From Vicugna vicugna (taxonomy: Eukaryota), in the NCBI GenBank assembly GCA_013265495.1, contig MU058221.1:868001-932000 (forward strand): a stretch of DNA of 64,000 bases, read 5' to 3'. The position numbers were made by a program, and so were the translations under genes. Below are positions 38,805 to 50,961 of the stretch, one piece after another. The notes under the pieces are model-generated. The model was not told the DNA's origin and did not search any database. It saw only the letters and a program-made list of their open reading frames with translations. How positions within the stretch are numbered: the stretch's first letter is position 1; every line of letters begins with the position of its first letter.

Positions 38805-38925
38805 TTGATTCTGTTCCCTAGGGGACGTTTGGTGGTGTTTGGAGACACATTTGCTGGTCAAAACTGGATGGGGGAGATGCCACTGGCATCTACTGAGTAG
38901 GGAGGAAGGAAACTGCTAAGCATCC
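38805..38925 (+). mobile_element. MER20 fragment
   Basis: ccctaggggacgtttgg...tggagacac...gccactggcatcta...ctgctaagcatcc. Confidence 0.65.
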
Positions 38926-39302
38926 ACCTGGACTGTACTGTCTACATTCCATTTTCTTCAAAAAGAAATAAAGTTCCTTGGAGAAATAACGGAGTCCACG
39001 TCTGTGCAGGAAACCTACAAGATTAGCTTGGACTAACTTGTTATAGTCGGAAGCAAGGCTGCTAGATGTATCAAATGAATTTAGGGGGAAAATAAAAAAC
39101 TAGGAGGGGCATAAGTTTGAACAGTCACTACATTATACCAAAGACGTAAGTTATATTTGAAATTATGAGTTCATAAATGATACTAGGGAAAAAACCTCAT
39201 ATGCCTCCTCTCAGGAGAGCTTGAGAACTAACTCATCATGTTGAAAATGGATGAAGGAAAAAGATGCACTCTGCTTTTCATGTATCAACTTGAGGCTAAC
39301 CC

Positions 39303-39558
39303 ACGTGATTCGCAACCAGGGACAGTTTGGCCCCCAGGGATAATCTGGCCACGTCTGGAGACATTTTTGGTTCTCAGGACTGAGGGAAGGATGCTATTAA
39401 ACATCTCACAATGCGCAGAACAACCCTTCTAAACACAGAATTATCCATCGAAACACAGAATTATCCATCTAAACACGGAATTATCCATCTAAACACGGAA
39501 TTATCCATCTAAACACGGAATTATCCATTCTAAGCATAGTGCCTGGGTTGAGAAACCT
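39303..39558 (+). mobile_element. MER20 with internal tandem expansion
   Basis: cccccaggga...gtctggagacatttttggtt...atagtgcctgggttgagaaacc. Confidence 0.75.
39431..39530. repeat. 20-bp minisatellite, 5 copies (aaacacRgaattatccatct)
   Basis: five head-to-tail units read directly, no spacers. Confidence 0.95.
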
Positions 39559-40761
39559 TCATTTAACCAGATAGTTGAAGAGATGAAAATTTCCTTTTGA
39601 AAATATTCTAGGTAAGAAACAAAGTAACAGTGTTCAAAGTAAAATACCAACTTTCTTCAAACTCTAATAAAAGGTGGATGTGAGCCTTGACCATCGATGG
39701 TTCTCAACATCACATAAATACGAAACAGCACCACCATCCACATAGCATTGTTGTCAATTGAATCCATGTCTGGCAGAGACATATTATAAATGACACCACC
39801 TAGATGCAATCTGTCAAATCCTTACTTTGAGAAATTCTGCTGGACTGATGTCTCAATTTCTTCAATCAGTAAATTTCAAAGAAGCAAATAAGACACAGAA
39901 TAGACATACCAACCAGCCACAGCAAAGTGAACACATCTGGATTCAAATTAATACAAATAAGCAGAAAAAGGCATAAGATCATCAGAGAAATTTTAAAAGA
40001 CATTGAATATTTGATTACAATGTTAAGGAATTATTTGATCTTTATAAACGTGACAATGCTAAGATGGTCATATTTTTAAAAAGCATTCCTACCTTTTAAG
40101 AAAAAGGTTGAAACTGTTACAGAAAAATTATATAACGTTGCTTGGCAGGTACCTCAAAATAACCCAGAATGGAAAAAGGATTTGTACAGGGCTATAGATG
40201 AAACAATTTGACGTTATGAGTTCAGAAAACAATTTGCTCTCCTTTTACATGTTTTTGAAATTTTACATGAAAGTTTTATATTCTATAGTCAGATTAAGGG
40301 AAAAAACAAATATTAGTAATGAAATATTCTGTAATGCATATCATCTTGAAACAAAACTTTGCATCATATTTGTTTTAATGTAACATTTTAATCATACTGT
40401 ATGTAACTTTGAATATTAATTTTCTATTTGTATTAAAATAAGTTTTCTCTTGGCATTATTTATTTTCCATGTTATGGAAATATTTTATTGTTGGATAACA
40501 TGGTCTGTTAAATAAACATCACTTGTTTCATTTACTTTTCAACCCCTACTTACTATTTAACTTTTTCTACTTCTCAGTATTACAAATAGTGCTGAAATAA
40601 ACAGTTTTGCGTATAATACAACTTCTTATCCAAACATTCATTTCAGGGCATACAGGTCTTGTATAAATCGATCTCTTTGGAATAATTCCCAGAATTTAAA
40701 TAATTTAATATAAGTTCACATCATTCTAAAGATTTTTGAGACATAAAGGCAAATCACTCTC

Positions 40762-41200
40762 TCCAGGGATTAAGAAAGCATTTGGCTGCAAATAACTGAA
40801 CATCCGATAGCAATTACTTAAACAAGAAGTGTTTTGTTTGTCTCACATAATATGAAGTTTACGGCTAGTACAGTGGTACCATGTTGCCGTCAATAACACA
40901 AATTCTATTCTTCTGTTTTGCCATCTTTAGTGGTGCCTCATGGCACATTCCTTTGTTGTTGTAACGTATGTAGGCGCCCCCTTGGAGTAGGACTGAAGGT
41001 GCAAAACCTCCTTTCAAGACTGTGTGTATAGATAGGCAAGTCATCCTTCACAGACTTTTTCTGACTTATTGGTGAGAACTGTGTTGCAACTTTATGCCTG
41101 CCTGGAAGTTGTGTAGGAAAATAGAGCGATGAGTTTTCTGGTGTCCATAAAAGAGAGAAGGCAGCTGGGAGTGGATGCTGCATGAGTCAGTTCATAGCAT
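40762..41200 (-). mobile_element. old MaLR LTR (MLT1K/L/N-like)
   Basis: catttggctgcaaataactgaa...acttaaacaaga...tctcacataa...gccatcttt pattern. Confidence 0.45.
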
Positions 41201-42771
41201 GCGAGCCCCACATGTTTCAAGAATACAAAAGTGCTAAATGACATCCAATTTTTCGTGCAATTACTCACATTTCATTTATTTATGAATTATATATAAAATG
41301 CTATGTTGTTGTTAAGTTGCATTTATTAGGCTGTTAGTGGAGTTAAATTTGTTTTGCATCAATATTCATTTCATTATGTCTTTTCTAACCTACATATTCA
41401 TATATTTTGCCACTACCTACATAGGTAACTGCATATTTATTACATAGTTTATACCAGCGGTTTTGGGATGGGCAGATGTCATAGTGATTGAGGGGGTGGG
41501 AAACTCAGAACCCGAGGTTAAAATAGCCTAGTTTAGTAACCTGGTTTAGCACATAGTCTTGGCACACTGCTGGGCCCATAGCAAGCGTTTTGTATGGCTT
41601 GGTTTGTTGTTAAAATAAGAGTTCACTGGAAAGGTGAATTTGAGGAAAATCTCTTTGAAATGAAGTTGTTCCACCCACCCTCTATGCACAGTGCTTTAGC
41701 ATCTGGACGTTTTGTTTGCTTCTCTGCCTTCAGAAGTTCTTCATAATAAGTCTCCTTATATAATAAGGTGATATCACTTCACTGTCACTTTCAGTAAGAT
41801 CAGATAAGCTTTTTAGTACTAAAATGTTAATAATAGACATGAGGTTAATTCATCTTTCCCCTATGGAATATTTGAAGTTTAACCAAAACCAGTCCTTATC
41901 CCAATAAAATGCATATTTCACGTGTGATGTCTCCCTTAGCAACCGTCTGATGAGCAAAATATCTTAGCGAAAGGAAAATTCCCAGAGCCCATCAAATAAC
42001 CCCTTAGAGATGATTGTATAAATTGCCATTCCTGCTGATATACATTTCTTGAGATTATTCAATGAAAAGTTTATCAGAACAAAAGGTTTGGGAGGGTGGT
42101 GTGTGCTGTAAACTTGACGAAGTTCCAGCTTTAATTGCGTACACGTTCTTGGTGGGAGTCACACTGCATTTGGCAACCGACCCAGGGAAGCTTATAGATG
42201 GCAGGGACGGGCGTTAATGAGCCCATTATTAGCCTTAGTTATTTTTATCGAAATACCACGGAGCTCCAGGAGGTAAGCTAATATATTCCTTTTTATTTTA
42301 GATGCTTGATATTTGAAATGGAATATGAAACATCTTTGAATCACAGTGGCAGATTCTTGAGGATGATTAAGCATGGTGTCTGTTAAAAAAAATAGACGAA
42401 TTACAAAAAAAAGTGCTAAATAAAACTGCACTCACAGTGAGAAATTCAGCATTTAATAATCTTCGAATATTTTCATTTCTATTTCTTAAGTTTTTATTCC
42501 TGTTTTTATTTGTTCAAAGTAACACAAATGTCTGGAAATGAGGGACCAAGTGAGAAATCTTCCAGGTTCATAGACAGACTTCTTGTAAGAACTGTCTCTG
42601 TCCCGTTGGCCTTCTGATTGCTCCTCATTCACGCTTCTCCCCTTATGTCATGTTATTCATTCTGTGCCTCCTTTAAGAATGTTGCCTTCTCTGATTGGAA
42701 TTCCTCAAGGCTCAGTCTGAAGTCTCTCCTCTTTGCACTCCATGCTATTTCCCTAGATAATAATATATAAA

Positions 42772-42970
42772 AATTCTCTTGAATGAGAAGACCTATTATT
42801 CTAAGGGTTACTATTTTCCCAAAAGTAGTGCCTAAAATCAGTGCAGTAATAATCAGCATCTAAACAGAACTATATTTAGAAATGAACATTATAGATATGC
42901 TAACAATATTGGCTTTCTTAAAATAGCAAAAGTATTAGTGACAACGGCACGACAATACTGTGTGCTGCAC
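42772..42970 (+). repeat. dispersed duplicate, copy A (partner 54756-54944)
   Basis: colinear with 54756-54944, including a 53-nt identical block 42794-42846 = 54778-54830. Confidence 0.92.
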
Positions 42971-43679
42971 CCACAGACAGAGACCCAATGGACAGAGCTC
43001 ATTCCTCACTCCAGACGCTTATATCCACGGCCTCCTCGACAATTTCTCTTGAATGTTTCAAGTGTATTAAGAACTCTGAGTGGTTTCCTCCTTATTTGAA
43101 AGCACGTCTCCTCTCAAAAGTTGTCTTCTCGTGTAAGAGGACCCCTGTGCATCTAGCTATGCAAGTCAGTGATTAAGTCAGACGTGACAGTCATTTCCTT
43201 CTCCTCTCCACCCGATTCATCTTCTCAAATATACCTGTGAAATGTCATCCATGCTCGTTTCCTTTCTGAATATCTCTATTGCTAATGCCATTTTTTTAAG
43301 TCCAAGCTACCACTGTCTCTACTTCATACCTACGGTAGATATCAAATCATCTCCCCACAGGCATCCTTCTCGACTCCCCTACAGCGTACATGCCGCCGGA
43401 GCAACACTCTTATCCCAGTAACCAGGAAATAGTCGTCAGGTGAAACACGTGTTGGCTTCTCTTTCCTCCTAGAAAAGCTGGTTGAGTTACTTCTCCCAAA
43501 CTTCCAGTGGGGCCATCGAGCCGCCTTTCCCGTTCACCTGTTTCCCTGCGGCCTCGGGACCGCCTCCTCTACTTGGAATTATCTTTTTATTAATTTCTGC
43601 TTATTCTTTGGATCTTACATACATACATTTATTTTATTTTTATATTATATATGATCTTAAATTATATTTATATATTATA

Positions 43680-44060
43680 CGTATATATGTGTGTGTATGT
43701 GCATGTGTGTGTATATGTATATATGTGTCTGTATGTATGTGTATGTGTGTATATGTGTGTATATATGTGTATATGTGTGTATATATGTGTATATGTGTGT
43801 ATGTGTATATGCATGTGCATATACATGTGTATATATGTGTGTGTATGTGTGTATGTGTTTGTATGTGTGTATGTGTGTATATGTGTGTGTATGTATGTGT
43901 GTGTGTGTGTGTGTATATACGTGTGCATATGCATGTGTGTGTATGTGTGTATGTGTGTATATGTGTGTATGTGTGTGTATATGTGTGTATGTGTATATAC
44001 GTGTGCATATACGTGTGTACATATGTGTGTGTGTGTGTGTGTATGTGTGTGTATATATGT
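43680..44060. repeat. long degenerate (TG/TA)n simple repeat
   Basis: about 380 bp of almost uninterrupted alternating purine-pyrimidine; source of the C/V/Y/M and H/T/Y/I ORFs. Confidence 0.95.
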
Positions 44061-44100
44061 AAGATCTTCTCTAGTTGCAGAGCTTGACTTTGCATTTCCT

Positions 44101-44705
44101 TGTAGGACAGCTGAATGCCTGTGTTCCCCGTTGCTCTTTAAGCTCCATGAGGGGAAAAGCCACGTCCGTTTACCTTAGTCCCAGCACCTGGGGAAAGGGG
44201 CTCGTTCACCCCCGCCCTGCTTGTCCGCTTCTGTCCCCCTCCAGCCTTATGGGAATGAGGTCGCTAAATACGTTAACCTGACTCTTGGCTTATAAGCCGC
44301 CGGCTGCACACACCTTGTCTAACCTGCTGGTTCCTTCCCTAGATTAAAAACCAAGCAACAACGAAGCCCTGGGCGGTGAAGTGGCAGCTGGCTCTCCGCC
44401 CCCAGCTGCCCTCTTAGCAAGCCTGCTGGCAGGTCACGCGGGCAAGGCAAGGCCAGAAGAAAGGCGCCGAGAGGCCAGCCAGTCTGCACGCAGCAGAGTG
44501 ACGACCTCCTGCCTCCGCTGAGACTCTTCGCTCTTTTTCCTTTTAAAAGCTGTCATGGCCGAGAAGACCCCTCAGAGTTGGAGTCGGGGCGCCAGCTGCC
44601 CCGGACTGCTGGCTCCCTGATTACAGCAGCTTTGCCTTCCTACCAGCACCTGTGTTTCAGGTGCCACTTCCCAGGGGTGAGCAGGCGAACCTGAGTCTGC
44701 TACCA
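44101..44705 (+). mobile_element. solo LTR of a third family (probably ERV1-class)
   Basis: TGTAG start, 3' end gagcaggcgaacctgagtctgctacca resembles ERV1 U5 ends; interrupts the L2; TSD not recovered. Confidence 0.65.
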
Positions 44706-47700
44706 CCACCACCAGAGCGCTCGGGACTGGTTAGCACGTAAGGGAGATTTGCTGAAAGAATAATACATAAACACTCTCAAGTCATATACCTCTACCTTAA
44801 CGCTGCTTTCATGTATGTTTCTCTGTTTCTTCAGCCAAGACATTTAGCAAGTTAAAATTTCTCCCTTGAGAACAATCTTGCTAAAGTGAAAAGAAGGGCC
44901 CATTCTCATGCACACATTAACTCATGCAACAACGCTCTATCAACTGAGGATACAGAGAAAACTCTCCTTTACCAGTAGCTTGAAGCTAAAATTCTTAGAG
45001 CATTATGGGATAATTAAGCTGCGTTTTGAAGATGAATGATCCATATAAAGCTGTAATGTAGTTGACCTGTTGAGGTAACATATATTTTACCTTAAATTAT
45101 ATGATACGGCTGTCAGCCTGCCATGGGGAGGAAATAGCGCAGAGAACACTGTGCTTTTTGTGTATGTAATTTTCGTTTGATCTTGAAACCAAGCTCCGCT
45201 GAACAGGTTAAATTCTTCACTTATTGGCATCTGAATCAATGTTGCTAATATTTAGCATGTTGCATACGACAGAATACTTATAAAAAGTGTTGAAGACTAG
45301 CATAAATTTACCAGCTTTTTCACTTGAAAATTATGAATATCAAAAATCTTCACATTACTTGTTCAATAGCCGTGTCTTTAGCAAAGGATGGATATATATT
45401 AATATCAAAAACTTCAAAGGACATAAGGACAGACTTTTCAATTAAATAAACACAAGTTTTTGTTAAACTATGGTGTGTGTCTTTATTTTTGGCATTTCAC
45501 CTTGACCTTTTAAAATTGCCCTTGGGGGAGACTGGCTTCAGTCCATAATTTGACATATGAAAGCCACTCAAATACTGTGAGTGAGGACTCAGCTCACAGT
45601 GAAATATTTCTTTCTCCCACTCTTAGTAATAATTTGAAGAAGCGTTATACATTTTTGAGGAAAAGGTTCAACGTAATTTCAGTTACCAACTGGATAAGTG
45701 TTTAAAACTGAGGGAAAACATGGAAGTTGGCCTGTGTATTGTCAACAGAAAACACAGGTAAGGCCTTTCATTAATGGGAGAATCAGATCCGTAAATGGTG
45801 GACAGAACTAACGCACGGTCTTGAGCAAAGCTCCATCACTGAGGCTATTTAAAAAGCAAATGAAGTTTAACTGCCTTGTGATTAATAGAACCCCATTAAT
45901 GTAAGCATTTGACAGAAGTTCCCCCGCGGTGGACCCCTTCAACGCCCGCAGCTCCGGGCAAGACCGCAAGACGGCCCCGCTCCCTTCCTGCACGTTGCTC
46001 CAGGCAACCTGCTGTTGTTTTGGTTTCATGCCTAAGGATATTTCTAATTTTTTCCCCCCTTAGTGTTCTTGTTTTTGGCCCAGCCAGCATCCCATGCCCC
46101 CTCCTGTAACATATTCCAGTTCTCTGGGGAACGTTCTCCGCTCTTCACCCAACGGTTTCCAGATAATCTGAAGCTACATATGGCCCCAAACAGGCAGGCC
46201 TAACTTATGAGACTCAGCAAACCCTATACCTTGCTCATGATTCTCAGTGACCTCGCCCCCGGTAAAGGAGATAACGAGATGTTTTGTGGAGCTTTGGGGG
46301 TAGAAACTCATTCTATCTTTCTTAAGTCCCATGACAGGAAACTATGGGTTCCAGACCGTAGTCACTGCTGAGGGAAGTCGAGGCTGCCGGCAGCCTTCCC
46401 GTGTGCCCTGAACGTGGAACCAAACCAGAGGAAGTGCAGGCACGACGTCTCTGGCTCCCAAATGAATTTGTACCTGAAAGTAACTCTATGTATTACATAA
46501 GTTAAAAATAATTCTTTTCTGTATTTGAATTGGCTTTCCATCGCTTTCAAAGGACATAAATGCTGACCAATAGAATACATATGCTGGTGTGCGCTGATGC
46601 CTTATTTGCAGTGCAAATCTCACCTTCTGAAATCCAGCCATGTTTCCAGTTGAGTGTTTATCTGGGTATTCCTTAGCAAAATCATAAGTTACATGTTCAA
46701 AACTGGACTCAGCTCTGTGTCCAGCACAGTGTGCCATTTTTCTTATAATCTGTACATTAGGGAGTAGTAACATGCAAGAAATCTTATGTCCAGGTGCCAA
46801 AAATTGAAGACTCATTTTAACCTCCTACTTACTTCATCTGACATCTACTTAATTTCTAGAAGACTTCATGTTGATAATTACAACTCGTATATCTTTTACT
46901 TCTTCCTGTTGTCACTACTTTAATATTATTTATTAATATTTCTAACCCTCCCAACTGACCATTTTTTCCATAATACAGACCCATCCCTCTCAATATTATT
47001 ATTCGACAATAAAATATTTTATTACCACTTCCTTATTTGGAATATTTCAATGGCTCTCCAGGGTTTTTGAAATTAATTCCAGTGGTCTTGTCTTTGCACC
47101 CTCCCAAATTCTGCTCAAGTCTCGTGCCCCGTGTCTGTGCACCACACTCCCTGGGCACACGGAAATGCTCGAAGGTTCTCAGACAAGTCAAGCTTTCCTG
47201 TACAATGTATTTTTGCATTTAAAATTTTGTTTTGTCTGCCTGGAATGCCCCCCAGTAGTCTCACTCCCGGCAAACACCTCTTTGAGCAAAACTCACTTGT
47301 ACTGACTATTTCATAAGGACGCCTCTGAATTTCTAATGCTGTCAGATAGACGCTTCTCTGCAGGAGATGTATAATGTTTTGAAAAACCATCTGTATTTCT
47401 AGAACACAATCGTGTAATGATCAAGTTTCTTGCGGAAGTTTCAGCAGTACATGGGCTGCATCTCAACCATCTTTAGAGGACACAGCCATAGCGTGTGTCC
47501 TCACTGGCGTGGGATTAACACATGGACGGGTGAACGAGTGGGGCTTGTCTTTCCCCAGCTATCTTGTCACTATTATGCTCCACATCCCAACCAAGCATTT
47601 TATTTTCATTCAAAATATAGGAACTCAAGGAAAACCAAACGCCCAAATTTGGGATCCAAAATCTTTGCTTTTTCTGCTCTACTGGTCTGCCTCTGAGAAT

Positions 47701-50176
47701 AGGGGCGATGAAGACAAATGAGGCCTCGTATAAAGTACTCAGTATCCTTGAATCTGGAAGGAAATACTGTTAAATATTCATTAAATTTGTATTTGGTGCA
47801 GATAAGGAAGCATTCATTTTATTTAAAAAAAATGTCCTCACTAATTTCTAGAATTCAAAGCAGTTCCAATGTTTTGAAATATTTGGTTAAAGTTCTACAT
47901 TTTCCTAGTTCATTTTCCCCCTGTATCATCTATCTACCTGTCTATCCATCCATTTATTTATCTATGTTGAAGTTTCAAAATAAACATGACGCTGGGAGCT
48001 ATATTAAGTAAAAAGTTTAAGATTTAATTAGTAATACAACATACTCATTTCTATTAAAAATATCATCTTTTGTACTCATTTCTCCAAACTACCTCTGCAA
48101 GATTTCAGGTGCAGATGGACTTTGCAATTTCCATGTGAAAATTGAAAACATATTCAATAAAGATTAAATTAATTCAGGGGGAGTCTTTTTGTTTAATTGT
48201 TGCTAAAAGGTACAGTCAGCTTGCCTTTGTCACTTACAGAAAGAATGAACTTGCAAAAAGCTACTGTAGCCATTCAATAATTCCGATTTATTTCAGTGAT
48301 ATTCTAGAACTTTCTAAAGCACTGACCTTCAAAATTTTTAGTCACATACTCCATATAAAGACTTGAAAACCAGGTAACCTCTTTTCACTTTTTAAGTTGA
48401 CATCTAAGATTATTTCATCTTCAAATCATTGTGAAAGATGTATTTCTTTTGGAAATTGTATATATATTTATGCAATAAAATATCTGTTTAAAACAAAATT
48501 AAATTTAAAAGGAAATTCACTAAAATTTTCAAACTACATTTCGTACTGAACATTCAAGGGACAGATTTATCTCATTTACCTGAGGGAAAATGTCTGCCCT
48601 GCTAATAGCTCTTTTCACTAGAAAGACGGCAGCTGAGTGAATGTTGCATCTTTCTTCTGCAAAATGGTTGAGGGGCCTTGGGAAAGGAAAATCTGCCGTT
48701 GGTAGACAGTTCTCAGGTCGTGAGGTTTTAGGAAATAGTATATGTGGGTCTGGAGATTAAATCCCTTATATCTATTCACCCCCTGGGAACCCCTGGGCCT
48801 TCTTTCTGCTCCACGAGGAGCGGCATTCAGTCCTTTGAAGATTGCTGCCCTGTAGAAGGACCTAGGCCTCCCCATTTATTTCCTTAGAAGGAAAGTTACG
48901 CGTGCACTGTGAGAAAAATAGGGTCGCTGAAAGCTATGATGTTATATTCTGAGAAAGTAAGAGCTGGGAAAGATCAAACAGAATCTGCAATGACATCCTG
49001 AAATCAAAACAGGATGCCGAGCCAAGAGGAAGATTATCTTCTTCTCAAGCTGGCACCAGGGTTAACACCTCTAAAGATGCTTTTATTTCTAAAAGTCAAA
49101 CACTATGCCTACGAAGCATCCTCACTATGAAGTGGAGTGTCTGTGTAGTAAAGGGAGATCGTATACTGAGTATATACTGCTTTGATTAACTTATTTGCCC
49201 ATTTTTAGTTCCTCATTGCCGTAAGATCTTCAGCCATCTTGCCATCAATTAAGGGAAGACTTAGCTGACATTAAAAAAAAAAAAAATTCCTTGGCTTCTA
49301 GATTTTCAAAAGCTGAAATCTTAACCCAAACAACAGGATTGGGAGGAAATTTTTCAAGCCACTGTGATGCTGCAGAATGAGCAGATAAACCTCTCTCTAA
49401 CCTACCTTTGAGCGGGGACGTGGGGACTGTTAGGGAGGACAAAATAATTAAGTCAACTTTGGAAAAGCTCCCTGAGAAATGGCATTCTACCTTGTGTTTC
49501 CACCCTTGTTTGAGCTTCGTGAGAAGGAGAACGAGAGAATTCCCAGACAAGTTTTGGGATTCTGGAGCAGAGGATGCCTTCGCCAGTTTCATGGGGCTGC
49601 GTGAGCAACAGGCTCCAGAGTTCCCCGTACATGGATATGTTATGCAGCGATAAAGTTACACGTAATCGTCCACCATGTCTAGATGTGAAACTGCCTTAAG
49701 TTGCTTCCCACAGAGACAGGATGGTATTGTCTGAGTTTATCAACAAGTGGCTAATTTTGTTTCACCACCAGGCTGAAAAGATCTGGTGGGAGAAATTAAT
49801 TAGGGTCATGGATAAAAAATAAATATTTCGCACACCACAATTGATACATTTTCATAACCGTGAGTGTTCAACATTAACTCAGTTTATGGAGCTCTTTCAC
49901 TTTGCCTGCATTCTTTTGCCGTCACAACTTAGAAACTGTTACTACAGCGTTACTATTTTAAGGGTTAATGACTTGCCCCAGGTTAGTAAGCAAATAGACG
50001 GCAGGATCAGGAATCAAACTCAAGAAGACTCGTAACAACTCTACTTCTAAAAGCCATACCATACATTCATAAGCAGAAGCAAGGATGGGGATGCTGGCAA
50101 GCGGGTATATACACTGAAGCTGAATTGGAGATTTCATGTTCACCTCTTACCTCCAGGGAACTGATTCTCTAGCTCT

Positions 50177-50392
50177 AAGGATTCTCAGCCTTGACACTAC
50201 TGAGATTTGGGCAAAATAATTCTTTCTTGTGATAGACTATCCTGTGCCTTGCCAATTGTTCAGTAGTATCCCTGGCCTCCACACACTAGATGGCAGTAGA
50301 ACCTCCACACACAGTTGTGACAACCAAAAATGTCTGTAGATGTTGTTAAATGTCCCCTGGGAGGCAAAATAGCCCCTAGTTGAGGACAATTG
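50177..50392 (-). mobile_element. MER20 (near full length)
   Basis: atccctggcctccacacactagatggcagtag...agttgtgacaaccaaaaatgtct...aaatgtcccctgggaggcaaaat...gttgag. Confidence 0.88.
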
Positions 50393-50858
50393 CTTTATAT
50401 TTGAAGTGGCTGAGGGGCCACTCAAATGACTTTCTCCTTCCCCAGCTGTCCTGATTCTAGTTTTGAGATTTCTTGTAACCTCAAGACTTGAATACAGGTA
50501 ATTAGAATAGTTGAAGACATTTCTACAATTCATGGAAAGACATTGCTTCATAAGACACGTTTTCAAGTTTTATTATTCAACCATTCTTCAGTTGAATTGC
50601 TTTATTGCTCAGATAAAACTTCTTAGACAGGTCAATTACCTTATCTATGCATAGCCTCTCAATTCTAAAATAAAGATCATAAAATCAACTTTATAAAACA
50701 CAATTAAGAAGATAAAATAAAACGATAAGCACAAAAGCTGTTTAACTGTAATACCAGGGGACTAAAGCCATGTTTACTTTGACCATAAGCACAAAGGGAA
50801 AAAAAAAAAATTAAGGACCAGTGGAACTCCAAGAGAGATGCTTGATTCATGACCTTAC

Positions 50859-50961
50859 TCAAATTTACTTCCTTTATTTCCATCACAGGGACATCTTTCC
50901 GTAGACAGTTTTGGCTCTCCGTGTGTGTGCAAATACATGTGAGTAGGGGAGACTCTGATCT
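50859..50961 (-). other. candidate minus-strand exon (103 nt)
   Basis: minus strand: long pyrimidine tract ...ctctaccttgtttgaag|AGA...TTGA|gtaagg. Confidence 0.27.

Larger units (their letters stand above)
36250..40270 (+). mobile_element. cluster of old L1 (L1ME/L1MC/L1MB-type) fragments with nested insertions
   Basis: A-rich ORF2-like remnants (cagatgatactgttatagatccagaaaaccca), nested L1 3' end about 37170-37780 (tgctcagtgaaagaa, ggtgatggctgtgcaactct, cttcaataaa), further remnants to about 40270. Confidence 0.65.
42590..44762 (+). mobile_element. LINE-2 interrupted by a duplicated segment, a simple repeat and an LTR
   Basis: cctcaagggctcagtct...ctccagac...tctcttgaatg...tccaagctacca and terminal atttgctgaaagaat. 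Confidence 0.55.

Noticed and set aside
39431..39530. CRISPR array or bacterial iteron/DnaA-box array (ttatcca repeats)
   Set aside because: Units are head-to-tail with no unique spacers, lie inside a MER20 in mammalian DNA, and have no cas or rep genes nearby.
43482..44178. Six long overlapping ORFs rich in C/V/Y/M or H/T/Y/I
   Set aside because: Translation artefacts of the (TG/TA)n simple repeat.
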